A stretch of DNA of 63,906 bases, counting the filler, from Phoronis australis (taxonomy: Eukaryota > Animalia > Phoronida): the NCBI GenBank assembly GCA_002633005.1. It is 10 parts of 10 records of this genome, joined end to end, with 100 filler letters (N's around TTAATTAATTAA, not from the genome) between each part and the next. Parts side by side here need not be neighbours in the genome. Positions count along the whole stretch, not along the records: positions 38,981 to 54,454 come from NMRA01001447.1; 9 more parts are not named here. One strand, given 5' to 3'. Both the position numbers and the translations under genes were made by a program. Within the stretch, counting starts at the first letter, position 1. Every line of letters starts with the position of its first letter. Positions 38,981-51,266 of this stretch are shown piece by piece. The notes under the pieces were generated by a model, which saw nothing but the letters and a program-made list of their open reading frames with translations, searched no databases and had not been told where the DNA came from.

Positions 38981-39205
38981 CACATCACATCAAGGCATCG
39001 CATTAACACATCACACCAACGCATCACATGAACACATCACATGAACACATCACATGAACACGTCACATGAACACATCACATGAACACATCACACCAACGC
39101 TTCACATCAAGGCATCACATCAACACATCACACCAACGCTTCACATCAACACATCACATCAACACATCACATCAATGCATCACATCAACACATCACATCA
39201 ACACG
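38981..39205. repeat. Minisatellite of CACAT / CAACACATCA / GAACACATCACAT units
   Basis: Directly visible. It explains the repetitive ORF at 39080-39283. Confidence 0.95.
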
Positions 39206-39548
39206 TCAAAGGAACTGACTTTTGATTTAGGTTACTTACAGCTGGAATACTGGTCACAACTTATTCCTAACTTAAGGAGATAAGTGGCTGTCTAGACTTG
39301 GAAAATAAGACATGCAACATCGCTTGAAACCATTTCATAATGGTAAATAGTCAAAGTCAAACAATTTTTGTGGGGGAAGCCAGATTTTTAGAATTTAACA
39401 GTTTTAACATATTGCTGTTTCATTTTAATAGTTTTTCTGGTCTAGGAAAGAAATGAGAGGCATCACTGCTTGAGATTATTTCATAGCAATCAATATACGA
39501 AAGGCGGTATTTTAGACACCTTTAAGTATTTCTGTTTCATTTTAATAG

Positions 39549-39844
39549 GTGACTATGGGCAGTCGGCGGAGCATGTTGCCAAAAGCCTTGAAATTACAGA
39601 GGACATTTTTGGAGCCAGCAGTATAGAAACAGCACATGAACTTCGGAAACTCTCCGCCATACAGTACAATATCTTGGCCTCGGTTCGATACACCAACAGC
39701 ATTGCTATGGAGACCAAGTTGAAGGTAGTTCGTGCACTGGACATCTACCGAACAAATTACAGTGAGACTCACAACGATGTTCAGGAACTTGAGGAGTTTC
39801 TTCATAGTTTGGAGCAGATGGTTTTAAACCAAGGAGAACAGTGA
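39549..39844 (+). CDS. SMYD4: SET and MYND domain protein 4-like, terminal exon (TPR-like C-terminal domain)
   Basis: Acceptor TTTCATTTTAATAG, phase 1. (G)DYGQSAEHVAKSLEITEDIFGASSIETAHELRKLSAIQYN...DVQELEE resembles the SMYD4 C-terminal pattern GDxxxSAxHxxxSL......GxSSxExxHELxKLxxIxxN...xQEL. Stop at 39842-44. Confidence 0.75.
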
Positions 39845-40473
39845 TGTACGATGGTCAGGGTGGACAGACAATCTCTTGATTGCACTTGCAGCTTGGTCGT
39901 TCAGTTGTACAGTACAGGCCAAAATTATACCGGCAAAATGACCCTGAATTTCTTGTCATGACATCTGAGTTGTCTTCCTGACCAATAACGAAGGGGTAAT
40001 GACAGGAACGTTAGTTAAATAGGATAAGCCTCTCATTTGCTGGTCGAATACTTGTTACCAGTCATTTTTGATGTTAACAGAATTAACCCTCATGACAGGA
40101 AAAGCATATTTTGTCTGTTGTACTGTAAGTTGCATTTGGCTGCTTGCTGCAGTGTCTTAATGTTTCATTATTTCAAACTCCTAGGTGTTTGGTTTAACTC
40201 TTGTGGTAGGCTTGACTACAAGTCTCGAACTGCGTTTTCTGTAGACAAGGGGCAAGGTACTTGAGCTTTATAAGGAAAGAAGAGAGACAATCTTGATCAC
40301 ACTGATCTGTCACTTACTAAAAGTACATGTAGACACAAAAGGACTGGTTGTCCTATGACTTAACCTATGACTCTTCATGAAATTTGGTAAATAGATTTCT
40401 GTTGATGAGGCGATGACACCTTTTTGTTTTCAGATGGATTTTCCCTAGTGTAGGCCTCCTGGTTGACATTTTT

Positions 40474-41082
40474 ATGCGCCCACATATTTATATGTGGACG
40501 CATTATGCCGTCATCTCTGTCCGTCCGTCCGTCCGTCCGTCCGGGCGGCGTCCGTCCGGCGTCCGTCCGGCGTCCGGCGTCCGGCGTCCGCTGCTCTATC
40601 TCCAAAACCCTTTGACATACGTTCATGAAATTTGGCACATATGTTCCATTCATGAATGGGACGGCATGTGCGAACTTTCGGACGGATCCGACTACCGGTG
40701 TGCCCCCTAGTGGCAATTTTAGTTTTTTACGCTTACCTTTGTATCTTCAAAAGTCCTGAACGGATTTTCATGAAATTTGGTATGTAGGCACCTAGTAGNN
40801 NNNNNNNNNNNNNNNNNNNNNNNNNNNNNNNNNNNNNNNNNNNNNNNNNNNNNNNNNNTATGTTTCTGTGGTGCTTTAAGCAACTGGTGTATAGGATGTG
40901 CTTGTATTATGAAGATTACTCACATTTTGCCCCTAGCCTATTGAGGAGACAATGACCATGCCTTTCCATTTTGCAAAGTATGCCCTCTACTGGCCACTTT
41001 ATGGTACCAATAAACAACCCTAGAAGGATACCGTATGCGGTGCAATTGTGGGCGCATTTCAACGCTCCGCGTTGCTCTTGTT
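40474..41082 (+). mobile_element. DINE-1-like Helentron-associated non-autonomous element with intact termini
   Basis: Follows a T-run. 5' subTIR ATGCGCCCACA (40474-84) with partner IR TGTGGACGCAT (40493-503), then a (GTCC)n/(GGCGTCC)n microsatellite, 3' subTIR TGTGGGCGCAT (41047-57), 3' hairpin CAACGC-TCC-GCGTTG (41060-74), ending CTCTTGTT. Contains a 60-N gap. Confidence 0.85.
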
Positions 41083-44000
41083 AGAATGTTTGAATCCATT
41101 CGGTTTTTAGCGTCCATCTCTGTATCGGCCAAACCACTCTAAGAATTGTTGTGAAAATTGGTAAATTTGTTCCTTCTGGGAAGAGCATAGCTGACGGTTT
41201 TTGGACAATTTTGACTGCTGTGACGCCCCCTAGTTGCAGTTTACTTTTTTCCCATTTGCAACTGTTTCTCCCTTCAAGATATTTTGCGAAATTTTGCAAG
41301 AACTGCACTTCTATGAACATGACAACAGATGACATGTTTGGACCTCTCTGACCTTTGAACCCCTGGTGTTTGGGAAGAATGACTTGCTATGCAACCCCTG
41401 GAGGCTATTTTAAGTTTACTAATGAAGCATTGCTTTAAAATAGAAATCACCCGTTGTGTCTGTGCTACATACCATCATGGGCGGTGCAGCTCTGAAATTA
41501 GTGGGGCTATAGCCCCCCCCCAACCCCCCATGGTGCACGCAACCCATGCATACCATACACACTTTGGTAACATATCAACGTTCCCGGTTGCCCTTCTTGG
41601 TCAGGTAGTGATTTGGAAATAAATTTTCGAATTTGTAAGGTACTCCGGTTTTAAACTCTTCCCAAAAAGTGCATGGAACGGGTCTATTTTTTTGCCATCA
41701 GAGATACTGTGTGAAGGGTAAAATCGAAAACTGACTTTCCATTACCTCGGGGTTGGGCCAGTAAGTAATGTTTTTATGCCAAAAAGAGAACTGTTCGAAA
41801 CTGTTTAGAGCGCGAGTCTGTGAAAGTCCTCCATCTTCTTGACTCCTTGAGGTTTCAAACACTGACTCGCATATTTGGCGCATAAATAAATGTTTATTGA
41901 CAAAATGAACGAAAAATAAAGACATGTCAATGCAAAATATTAATTTATTTTTTGACAGTTACATTTATCCCACGTGATTCTATTCATCATGGAATTGACA
42001 TTGACTTGCAGACAAAGCTGCACCATGCCGCAAACTAAGAGCGTTGTGTGGGGTCTGAAACTATTTGGGTCACATACATGTACATGCAAGACAACTACTC
42101 TACAGTAGGTTTCGCATCCTTCTATAGTGCCCACAGACATGCAGGAAGAGAAGACGTTTGGTTTCAATTCTCACACTTTTTCTCTTGGCTTTCAATGCGG
42201 AAATAAATTACTGGATTGTTCTGGACTGATTATGCGGACGAAAGCTCGGTCAGTGGAGTCGCACAGTCGATTGAATGGACGAAAGGAAACCCTCGTTCAA
42301 CGTATCATGTTGAGCTCGAATATTTGTGTTCACCCACACACAATGTAGAGGGATTACATAAACAGATAAGTTTCGCACCGAAGTATTATTGGTCCTCGTA
42401 GATAAATACCGTAGGTAAAAGGTCTAACGAGCGCTTCTTATTTCCTTATAGTTGTTATCCATATTAAAAACTGGCCTCAACTATTGAGATCTTAAGTAGT
42501 AGTCTCTGGGCTTGGAAAGTCGCCGCTGTCATTAATGCGGCAGACCAAGCTCGGTGCCGAAATGACCCACCGTGAATAAGTAGATTTTTGAGCGTTGCCC
42601 CACCGCGCAACTGTTGGCGTATTCTTCCAAGTTCATAAATTACCTCTATTGTGAATAAGGGAGCTTGAAACCACTTTTGTGATCCAATTCAAAGTTATGT
42701 TTCGAAGGAATGGGAGTTGTTTTTGTAGTGCTTTTAAAGTTGTCCCTAATTTAATGAACATTTGCTATATGTGCGTGAGTGCTTGCGTGCGTGTTTGTTC
42801 GCCTATATACCTTTCAGTATTTATGAACGATTAGCCAAGAAATACCTATAAACAGTAAACGCCGTATATTTTTCAGAGAGTGTATTTAAGTTGGCATAAT
42901 TTGATATGCTTAATGCTAATTGGTTATTGATTGGGTCACATGATCATATCTTTGAGTGAAATTTACCGGAAAAGAAACTAGACGCATTTATAGAAAAACT
43001 TTCATCAAGAATATGACCACATTCGTGAAGATGAAATTTCAATAGCCGGCCGTATGTTCAGGGTAATACAGCACCATACGCCCGCATAAGATGCATAATT
43101 TTTTAAATGATTTGATCCCGATAGGCAATTTTTATAAAATTCAACTCTTAGTAGTAATACTCGTTCATAACATTAATTCTTGCTAAAGATGTTAACTGAA
43201 TTAATTATTTTTCGTGTCGGCGTATCAAATGAAAAGTCGTCCGCGAAGGCTTGCTATTTTTATGAGAGCGACGTGACTGGGTTCTCGATACCGAGGCATG
43301 CCTTGGATACTAACGACAGGGCCGCTTAGCCATACCTCACTACGATAATAGATCGAACGAGAAACGTTACAAGGAAGTTACATTATATGCTTCCGGTCGG
43401 ATGCATTATATAACTGACGTTATCTTATCATTATTGCTACTGGTCAGAAAATGGGTCTGTGTAGTCGCTCAGCAGCGGCTCGTATCAAATTAATTGTTTT
43501 AGGCCCATGACGAACACTTACGAACACTGACTCTTCCAATGCATGACCTTCTCTGTCACTCTGTAAGTTCGTGCCATGTGTTTGCCGCTACACCCCGAGA
43601 GGTTTGAACCCGGGGGGTACTCCCACAGAAGAGGAACATGTACATGTATTAGGGGACGTGGTGCTGCGCAGATGGGAGGCCCCTCACGACCATTATCCCT
43701 GCGAAAGGGTGCACATTCCATTAAAATTTCTTGCGACAAAAGGGTTCCCTTTAGTTAAAAGAACGTTTTGAAAGACTGAACAATTGTCAACACAAAAAGA
43801 CACATCATAAACGTGACCCATATTCAGGTAGTCATTTTAATCTCGCCTTCCGATATTTTCATAGCTAAGTACTGTATGATAGCTTGACCCGGGATCATGA
43901 CCTAGTACCGTGGTGTTCTAACCGTGCAAAAGTAAGCGATACAAAAATCTTTATGTCTGCTATGTAGTTGGGAGCCGCTTCGTCTCTCCGTCTACCTGGT

Positions 44001-44521
44001 TTCTGTTAGTCGAGTTACACAGCAGGACATGCGGGCCGGGATTCGAAGGACCAGCTCGGATCTGGCGTCATGTTGGAGACAAAGTCAGGATGAAACCGAG
44101 CTCGCAAGAATCATGTTCTTAGGACCGATTGTTTTGGCGGCCTGTAAGAGTTCGGGATATATTTGACAATTTCCACTGAATATCTGATGGCGTTGACAGA
44201 GATTTGCAGTCACGGTTGCGCAGGTTTGTCGTTTAAAATTAACCACATATCGTTAAATTGTAGCCTTGTCAGCATGCGTGAATTTATTACTGATTAGAGA
44301 TTGAGTCGTAGTTGGGTTCAGGGTGACGTGAATGGTTCTGATGACGAGGTCGGTTGAAACTAAATTTAGGCCTACGTTTTTGTATTTCGCTGTGCTCTAG
44401 TCCGATGTAAATTTTAATGCTATTAAAAATATGCTATCACGTGGCCATTGTCTAGAAATGTTACGTGTTGTGTGGTCGAACAATCCACGGTAAGCCAACG
44501 TGAAATCTCACATCTTAACGC

Positions 44522-44723
44522 GGATTTTCCCCTTCACATGTTTTTTTATTAAAATACCCAGTTAATATACTCAAGTGAACTTTCTCCGCTCAGACAGAGT
44601 TTGCAATGTTGTATTTGCCACGTGCCCTGTACGTAGTGTGCTCCTCCGATCACCTAGGCAACAAAGGTATATAGGTTCAGCCGTTGACGTAGTAGGCCTA
44701 GTAGTAATTTTAGGGGAATTCCC
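44522..44723 (+). promoter_or_regulatory. Candidate NF-kB-responsive promoter region of the beta-trefoil gene
   Basis: kB-type GGATTTTCCCC at 44522-32 (reverse complement GGGGAAAATCC), TATA-like TATATAG at ~44669-75, CRE-like TTGACGTA at ~44684-91, and palindromic kB site GGGAATTCCC at 44714-23. All lie within ~320 bp of the ATG at 44837. Confidence 0.45.
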
Positions 44724-44836
44724 ATCCTTGGGTATTTAGAACAAGCTACAAGGAATACACCCCATTTATGGATGATTACTGAGTCTGGCGAGATTGGATT
44801 AGTTTAATTCTGCAGGGACTTCACGCTGATAATTTA

Positions 44837-44986
44837 ATGGATCGCAAAACCTTGGACAATTACTTGTTTTCATTCGGACGAGAGGTTCACAGGACATACA
44901 GTGAAGAAACTCGATACTATATAGACGAACATGGGCAGAGACGCAAGAAATCGACAAAAATTACCAAAGTGTGTTTTTTTGACCAA
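44837..44986 (+). CDS. Putative IL-1/FGF-like beta-trefoil protein, coding exon 1
   Basis: Acceptor TTCTGCAG ends at 44815, ATG at 44837, consensus donor CAA|GTAAGT, phase 0. Translates MDRKTLDNYLFSFGREVHRTYSEETRYYIDEHGQRRKKSTKITKVCFFDQ, with no signal peptide. Confidence 0.6.
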
Positions 44987-45297
44987 GTAAGTTAGTAGCT
45001 TTAAGGTGACGTTATTGGCGAGAAAGGTGCTACTGAAATCAACCCAAAGGCGAGGAATCGAGTGGTTAATTCCATAATTAATCGGCCGAACAGTTTCGTG
45101 AACCTTTTACTCACAAAGTTGAAAACCTGAATTATAGCAGGCCAACAATTAAGTAGAGATACCATCTTTTGCAAGCAAAGTTTAAAAAATCTTGATACAA
45201 ATGTGATTTCATGTATTTGGAGTGAAAGGCTTGCAGTCAATTAGCTTCAAATTCGGCCAAAGCGAATCCCATTCTTGGGAATTTTGTCCCAAGAAAA

Positions 45298-45574
45298 CAT
45301 TCGCGCACCCAGGGGAGGAGGGTGGCGCGGGCGCAGGGGTCTCGAACCGAGAGCCCCCCCCATTTGGCGAATTGGGCAAAAAGGTCCACCTCAAGAAACA
45401 AAAAGTCCGAAAAAGTAGAAAATGAGACAAAAGACCACTAAAAAGCCAGGAAGTACCAAAATTTAGCGATTGCACAATTCATAGGTTTGAACGTACCCCG
45501 TTTTTCATTTAGTAAAAGGTCCACATTCTCGAAAATTCGAGCCGCCCCGTATTTTTAGGCTGGGTGCACACATG
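45298..45574 (+). mobile_element. hAT-like MITE, 277 bp, 6-bp TSD AGAAAA
   Basis: TIRs CATTCGCGCACCCAG and CTGGGTGCACACATG; AGAAAA at 45292-97 and 45575-80. Homologous to 60290-60524. Confidence 0.85.
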
Positions 45575-45681
45575 AGAAAAGGTAAGCGTAAATTAATATT
45601 TGGATGTGCAACTCATTTAGTCCGTCTCGTGTCGGCGCACTCACGAATGTTATAACCAACGTGACATCAGGCAGGGATCGT

Positions 45682-45722
45682 GCAGTAGCAGTAGCAGTAG
45701 CAGTAGCAGTAGCATTACCAGC

Positions 45723-45771
<49 letters not shown>

Positions 45772-47600
45772 TTTATTTATTATAGTGACAAGTAACAGTT
45801 ATAGGTATGACATTCGTAAGAAGATAAGTACCCAGCCCAGTTGGGCTTATTAGTCACTTTAACCACACAACTCAGATGTAGGCCTACCATAAATGCCTCG
45901 GTTCATAAATTCAAAAGCAGACTTGATATATTTGGCAAATTGCTTAGGGAAATACTGAAATAGCAGTTTTAACGTACCTAATCTACTGAAATCTGCAAAG
46001 TTCGAGATTTTAAGTGAAACAGAATAGACCTCCGTGTGTTTTAAAGAGAACAATCAAACACAAAATGTAGCTCATCATCCACAGAACCAGAATCACAACA
46101 AGTAAAGTCTTTCACTTACAGGCGTGTTTACATAACGACCAGTTTCCAAGTGCAATGGGAGATTTCCTGCTCTAAGCTGATCCAAAAGAGATCGCTCGGA
46201 ACGCGATTAATTAATCTTTACATACGGCTCAGCTAAAAAACTCGTGCTTAGGTTCTTAACAACTTTAGTTTTGTTACAACAGATTCAGCCCAAGCATGTT
46301 TCTCGCATTCAAATAGCTTGTTTCTAGCGTCTACTATGTTACAAGTAGTCAAATTTTAAAAACAGGATTGCGTGCCAGTTATGTTAAACAAATTTTTGAT
46401 TCCGTCTATCCAACCCTTTCTACCAACAAAGTAGTCCCTTAGAAATACCTTCTTCAGTAACCTATCACCATCTGCGGTTATTAGTTTGTTCCAAAGACGC
46501 CACCTATTCAATTTAAATCTATTTCCGGTGGAGTCCCACCCCATGTCGCCACTAACAGCATGAGTGACTGTAAATCGGTTGACCCCTAAATAAAAAGGCA
46601 TAGCTGCTTTGAATATTTTCTTCATTACCAAAATTTTCGTAACCCCAAACAGATGACCCGTGATCCAAAATTGGTGCCACACACGAATTAAATAACGTTT
46701 TAAACGTTTCGAATCCTACTGTATATTCTTGTTATCACGGAATGTTGAAAATATCTTCCTTAATTTAACGATCTACCAGAAGCTTCAGATAACGCATTCG
46801 AATTTTCTTTGAAGTCAAGGTGTTGATCCAGAATACAGCCTAAATATTTGTATGAGAGCTTGTAACTGATGACACTGTTCAAAACATTGGACACCTTAAC
46901 CCAGTTTTTAATATCCAGAGCTAAGTCATTTATATACAATGCAAAGAGTGCCAGTGATAATACGTCCTCCTGACGGACACCATTTTCAGGAGTGAATCAA
47001 CCACTATACAGAGTGCCATTTAATCGTATAGGGTTCAACGGACTTCTGTAAACCATACGAATTGCATCATACATTCTATCATTAATATTATTTTGCAGTA
47101 ATTTATAAAACAGAAGTTCATGGTTTGTCCAGTCAAAAGCTTTCTTCATGTCCACAAATGTCACAAATGTAGAACGATGAGACGACTTTCTTGTTTGAAT
47201 AATTGATGACAGGACATATAAGTCATCAATACAGGACCATTGGCTTCGAAAACCATTTTGCTCTCAACAAAAATATGTTCACAGAAACCCAAAATTCCAT
47301 TATACAACACAGCACTAAAGATTTTATAAATATTGGAAAGAAGACTAATCCCACGGTAGTTCAAAGGTAACCTAGGGTCGTCTGTATAATTCTTAGGTAT
47401 CGGGTTTATAATTGCCTTTAGCAGTCAGAAGGCACACGTTTAAAAGATTCATTGAACGATTGAGTTAGAAAAACAACAATAGTCTCGAATCTTAACGCCT
47501 CATAAGTTATACGGTCATAGCCGTCGGCTTTGTTCTTCTTTGTTTTCATAACAACATTTCTAACCTCATCAATACATATTTCACAATTTACGGTTTACTA
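45682..47600 (-). mobile_element. 5'-truncated decayed LINE (CR1/L2-group-like ORF2) with a (TAC)n 3' tail
   Basis: The - strand gives EVRNVVMKTKKNKADGYDRI, NYRGISLLSNIYKIFS, FVDMKKAFDWTNHELLFYKL, GVRQEDVLS...LFALYINDL, YKYLG and QLRAGNLPLHLETGRY. It has many stops and frameshifts, and the YADD region appears deleted. AATAAA followed by (TAC)n marks the 3' end. Confidence 0.92.
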
Positions 47601-47743
47601 TTTACAACGTAAGATCACATGGCTAACAAATTACCACAAATATGTGCTCAAGTGAAATCCCATTCCCTGTGACCTTTTTGGTTCACGTGACGTATTTGCA
47701 CAGATCAGTATGCAGCACATAATATTGCGGGAATCCCATTTAA

Positions 47744-48920
47744 GGTTATGTATTACTTGTATTTAGCCAATTTCTAAAAAAAAACTACAGATTGAACTCA
47801 GTAAAAGCATACATTTTCCGAAAGTGTAGAATCTGAGTTGACTTTTTGCCAATGTGGTATGAGCTAATTCACCATGATTTAGTAAACGTTAGCGTATAAA
47901 GTTAGGTATATTCTTGAAAAAAAACAACGGTATCAATTGCCTGACCAAATTTTGTTTAATATAAATGTTAAATGTGAAATTTAAAAAACGCTGTTGCTGA
48001 ATTTTAATTGATCTTCATTTTCAGTGCAAATTTTGACTTTCTCATGAGAATCATACAAGAACAATTTTGATATGAATTAGAAATGCTACCCAAATTCGAT
48101 CATTTTTCGAGGATCTTACCCATAACCTCTGACTTCCAAAGTTCTCTCAGTTGAATTTAATGCCTTCTTCCCTGGCATTTGACAAGCTGACTGCTTTGAT
48201 AGAATGGTTTCACACGTCACGACGCAACACATTTTGCCTGTTTGTTTAATAGCCACTCTGTCAATGACGGTGAGATACTGACCCCGTCCATCTTTGTCGA
48301 TTATCAATTAAAACCCGTTTAACTTAGCCACAGCTTATAGGACCCCGAGTCATACTCACAAAAGATTTATGTTTCTTTTTGGGACCATTTCATGCAACTA
48401 GGAAACGGAACGTCACAGTTCAGAAATAGCTGATTGAATTCGTACCAAACTTTCACGTGTAGTACTTCACTGCATGCTCTTATCTCAAAGCACGTCAATT
48501 GCTAATTGTTTTCATGTTCCACTTTTGCATGGGGAGGTATCAAAGTTATGTTTTTCAACTAAATGTCTAAGGAGGTGCTTAATGCGAAAACAAAATGGTG
48601 TGTCATTATGAAATAAGATACAGCGCTTGTGACTGGTCATGCTGAACATTCATATATCAAAAACAGATCAAATTCGGCATTGTCATTGATACCGTTGTAT
48701 TGCTTTGAATACGTCTTTCGTTTTTGCTGAATTTGTCCAAAAAGCGTGGTCACGTGACTTAACTAATGCCAGACTAGCATAAATTAACTTAAAAAGCAAA
48801 AAACAGGCATTCTCCTTTCAGAAAATATTTGTATCAGCACAGTTACAGTGTTATTTTTGCTGACATTTTGTCAGAGACTTGCCCCACGATCTGTGCCCCA
48901 ATGTCAAAGTCCTTTACCCT
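47744..48920. mobile_element. Possible old non-autonomous TTAA-type DNA element
   Basis: Left end TTAA|GGTTATGT...ATTTAGCCAA...TTTTCCGAAAGT resembles 18997-19095. An inverted CTTTCAGAAAATAT lies at ~48815. The right terminus is unclear. Confidence 0.35.
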
Positions 48921-49001
48921 TGATTCTCGTATTACATCTCCAAAGAGCACGTGTTAACTTGCCTATTGTGAACATCCACACAAAAACTTGTTTGTTTTTA
49001 G

Positions 49002-49205
49002 GGTCATGACACGACCGACAGGAGCCCGCAAGTGGCGGCACCAATTGGAGGATCACTGAAACCCCTAGTCAATAGCGGACTTCGTCTTTGGAAACGTCAT
49101 CATCTGTACGAGTTTGGCGGATCTTCTAACTGGTCTGAAGGATCTAGGACAAGTCTTGCCTCAATTGACTCTGGTTATAATAGATGTAAAGACAACTTTC
49201 AGGAG
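49002..49205 (+). CDS. Putative beta-trefoil protein, coding exon 2 (pro-region)
   Basis: TTTGTTTTTAG acceptor and GAG|GTAATA donor, 204 nt, phase 0 to 0. Translates GHDTTDRSPQVAAPIGG...SRTSLASIDSGYNRCKDNFQE. Confidence 0.65.
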
Positions 49206-50252
49206 GTAATAAGCGTTGTTGTAATTCACAAGTACTTTGTTCCCGTTTTTTATTGTTGCATACATGTATTATCAATACCAGACTTTGAAGGCTTTTATGC
49301 GGAGTACGGCAGAGTAACTGAGGGTTGGAGGCAGGGAGTGAGGGAGGGAGGGTGGTTGGGAAGAGGGAGAGAGAGGGAGAGGGAGAGGTCCCAATTACGA
49401 GCTCTGAACGCACTTATACCATTTTACGTTCATTTTATAATTAATAGATGACCCAAAAACCACCCTCTATGATTGTTGGGAACCGACCCGGTGACCATGA
49501 ACCTGGATGACCCACGATAGCTTTCACATCATCATAGGATTAACTTCGCGCTAGAGAAAGAATGATCTTTGGGCTCAGTGTTGTCACACTAAATAAGATC
49601 GGCTTAAATGTTTTGCACCTCGTGTTTGGTTATTACATCGTAACTGACAGCGCATTGGATCCTTGCTGAACGACGTGCCATGTTCCTCAGCTGTGTCCCA
49701 CATGTAGGCCGTTCTTATAGCGGAAGGTTTACTTATGAATTCAGCTAAAGCCTAAGTTACAATTAGCACCCAGTCTGCATACCATAGTTGTAGTAAGCAC
49801 CCAGTCTGCATGGCCTTTTAAACCATTTTTCAAGTTTTCTGGGTTGGCAACGGGTTTTATACAAGTAGCAGTATATAGTATCTATCAAGTATCTCACCGA
49901 CCTCGTCCTTTGGGCCTGTTTGAAGTTGGTGATGATTCGAAGCCTACATCGTACTTGTAGTATGAAGTTCCCCCTGGACACACCGGACCTTAGACTGGAC
50001 CGGAGTTACAAATCATGATATATGCCAACTTGGTAACAACCTACCGACGACTTCGGAAATATGTCCAGAAATGCAACATTGGCAATTTTCAGCTCACGGC
50101 ACCACGTTGCTGTTGATGCTAAACTAAGCCGTTACTAGATTCTGAAAGCAAATTTCCTCTAGATTTTAACAATGTCGTGGTAAAAAACGGGTGCTGACAG
50201 TCCCAGTTTTTTGTGGTATTGGACTGTACCTTAGATTGTGATGTGTTTTTAG

Positions 50253-50376
50253 CCGGTGTACAAGGCCAGAGTACGATTGTTCAGTAAAACAGGCGACGGA
50301 TGGCTAAGAGTTGTAGCAGACGAAAGTCAAGATCGCTACTACCTGGACACCAAGGGACGCAAGAGCGACCCAAACA
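50253..50376 (+). CDS. Putative beta-trefoil protein, coding exon 3
   Basis: GTGTTTTTAG acceptor and A|GTGAGT donor, 124 nt, phase 0 to 1. Translates PVYKARVRLFSKTGDGWLRVVADESQDRYYLDTKGRKSDPN, with an FGF-like RL(F/Y)SxxGxxL start. Confidence 0.7.
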
Positions 50377-50611
50377 GTGAGTTTTACAAACTACATTTAC
50401 GGCCGTACGTTCTGTAACGCAAAGTAAGGATTTAGTGATTGCAATGAAATTTTGTGTTTCGCTTGTAATCCATAGAGGCTACACTGATCTAGCTAATGAC
50501 TACGTGATTTCACCAGACCCGCAAAGAAACAGTGTACCCTTCTGAAACGCAGGCCCGGCAAGTACATAGCTTAATATTATACATTTATTGTTTAATATTT
50601 CTTATAGTGAC

Positions 50612-50770
50612 CAGGGGGATCCAGGATTTTGAGTTGGGGATGGGGGCTGGGCAGAGTATTAGGCAGGATTTTGTCCGTCAGACATTCGCACCTCCGAACT
50701 GTCAACTAGAATCTGGGAGAATTTTAAGAATTGAGGCATGTCCCCCTTGCCTCCCCTAAATCCGCCACTG
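50612..50770. mobile_element. Short CAG...CTG TIR MITE remnant (hAT-like)
   Basis: CAGGGGGATCCAGG ... CCTAAATCCGCCACTG. Similar termini occur at 56071-56393, ~61413 and ~12035. No TSD was recognised. Confidence 0.5.
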
Positions 50771-51141
50771 GTGTCATCGCAGAAAACAATACAGGAACAA
50801 CTAAACTTAGTATACATCTCATCCACGGCCTCTTGAGGTTCCAGGCCACCCCAATACCACTTAACACCCAAACCGTTACTCACATGTAAAGAATTTTTAT
50901 TTGTGGATGCTCCGATGTCAGACAAAACGAGTACCTTTGGCAGCCATTCGCTTTCAAAATGTCAGTACCTGAACATAGATATGTGGTCTTACAACGCGAC
51001 GTGTATATTTTCACATTTTACGACACTCAATATTAAATTTTTGCTCTGTTGATACCATGCAGCGTTCAGTGAATAAATCAAGGTTTTCTTTTCGTAAGTT
51101 TTTAATTTGTAAGACAATCCTAACTGTTAAAATGTTTGTAG

Positions 51142-51266
51142 GTCGGTTCATTTGGGCGGACGACAGCCGAGGTCGAGGTATGGCGCTGGCCGTGGAAATA
51201 TCCAACAATTCCGAACCGAAATGTCTTTGCATTTCCTACAACAGAGACCGTAGCTTGAAACTTGTG
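51142..51266 (+). CDS. Putative beta-trefoil protein, coding exon 4
   Basis: TGTTTGTAG acceptor and GTG|GTAATC donor, 125 nt, phase 1 to 0. Translates (S)RFIWADDSRGRGMALAVEISNNSEPKCLCISYNRDRSLKLV. Confidence 0.7.

Noticed and set aside
40375-40716. 113-aa ORF and the similar 92-aa ORF at 14491-14769 as a gene family
   Set aside because: The similarity comes from the shared non-coding Helentron-associated repeat and its GGAC microsatellite.
42210-42401. LFWTDY as an LDL-receptor YWTD repeat
   Set aside because: There is an in-frame stop just upstream, no convincing acceptor and no neighbouring repeats.
45604-45795. Poly-Val/Ala transmembrane ORF
   Set aside because: It is the translation of the (GCAGTA)n(GTA)n tail of the LINE.
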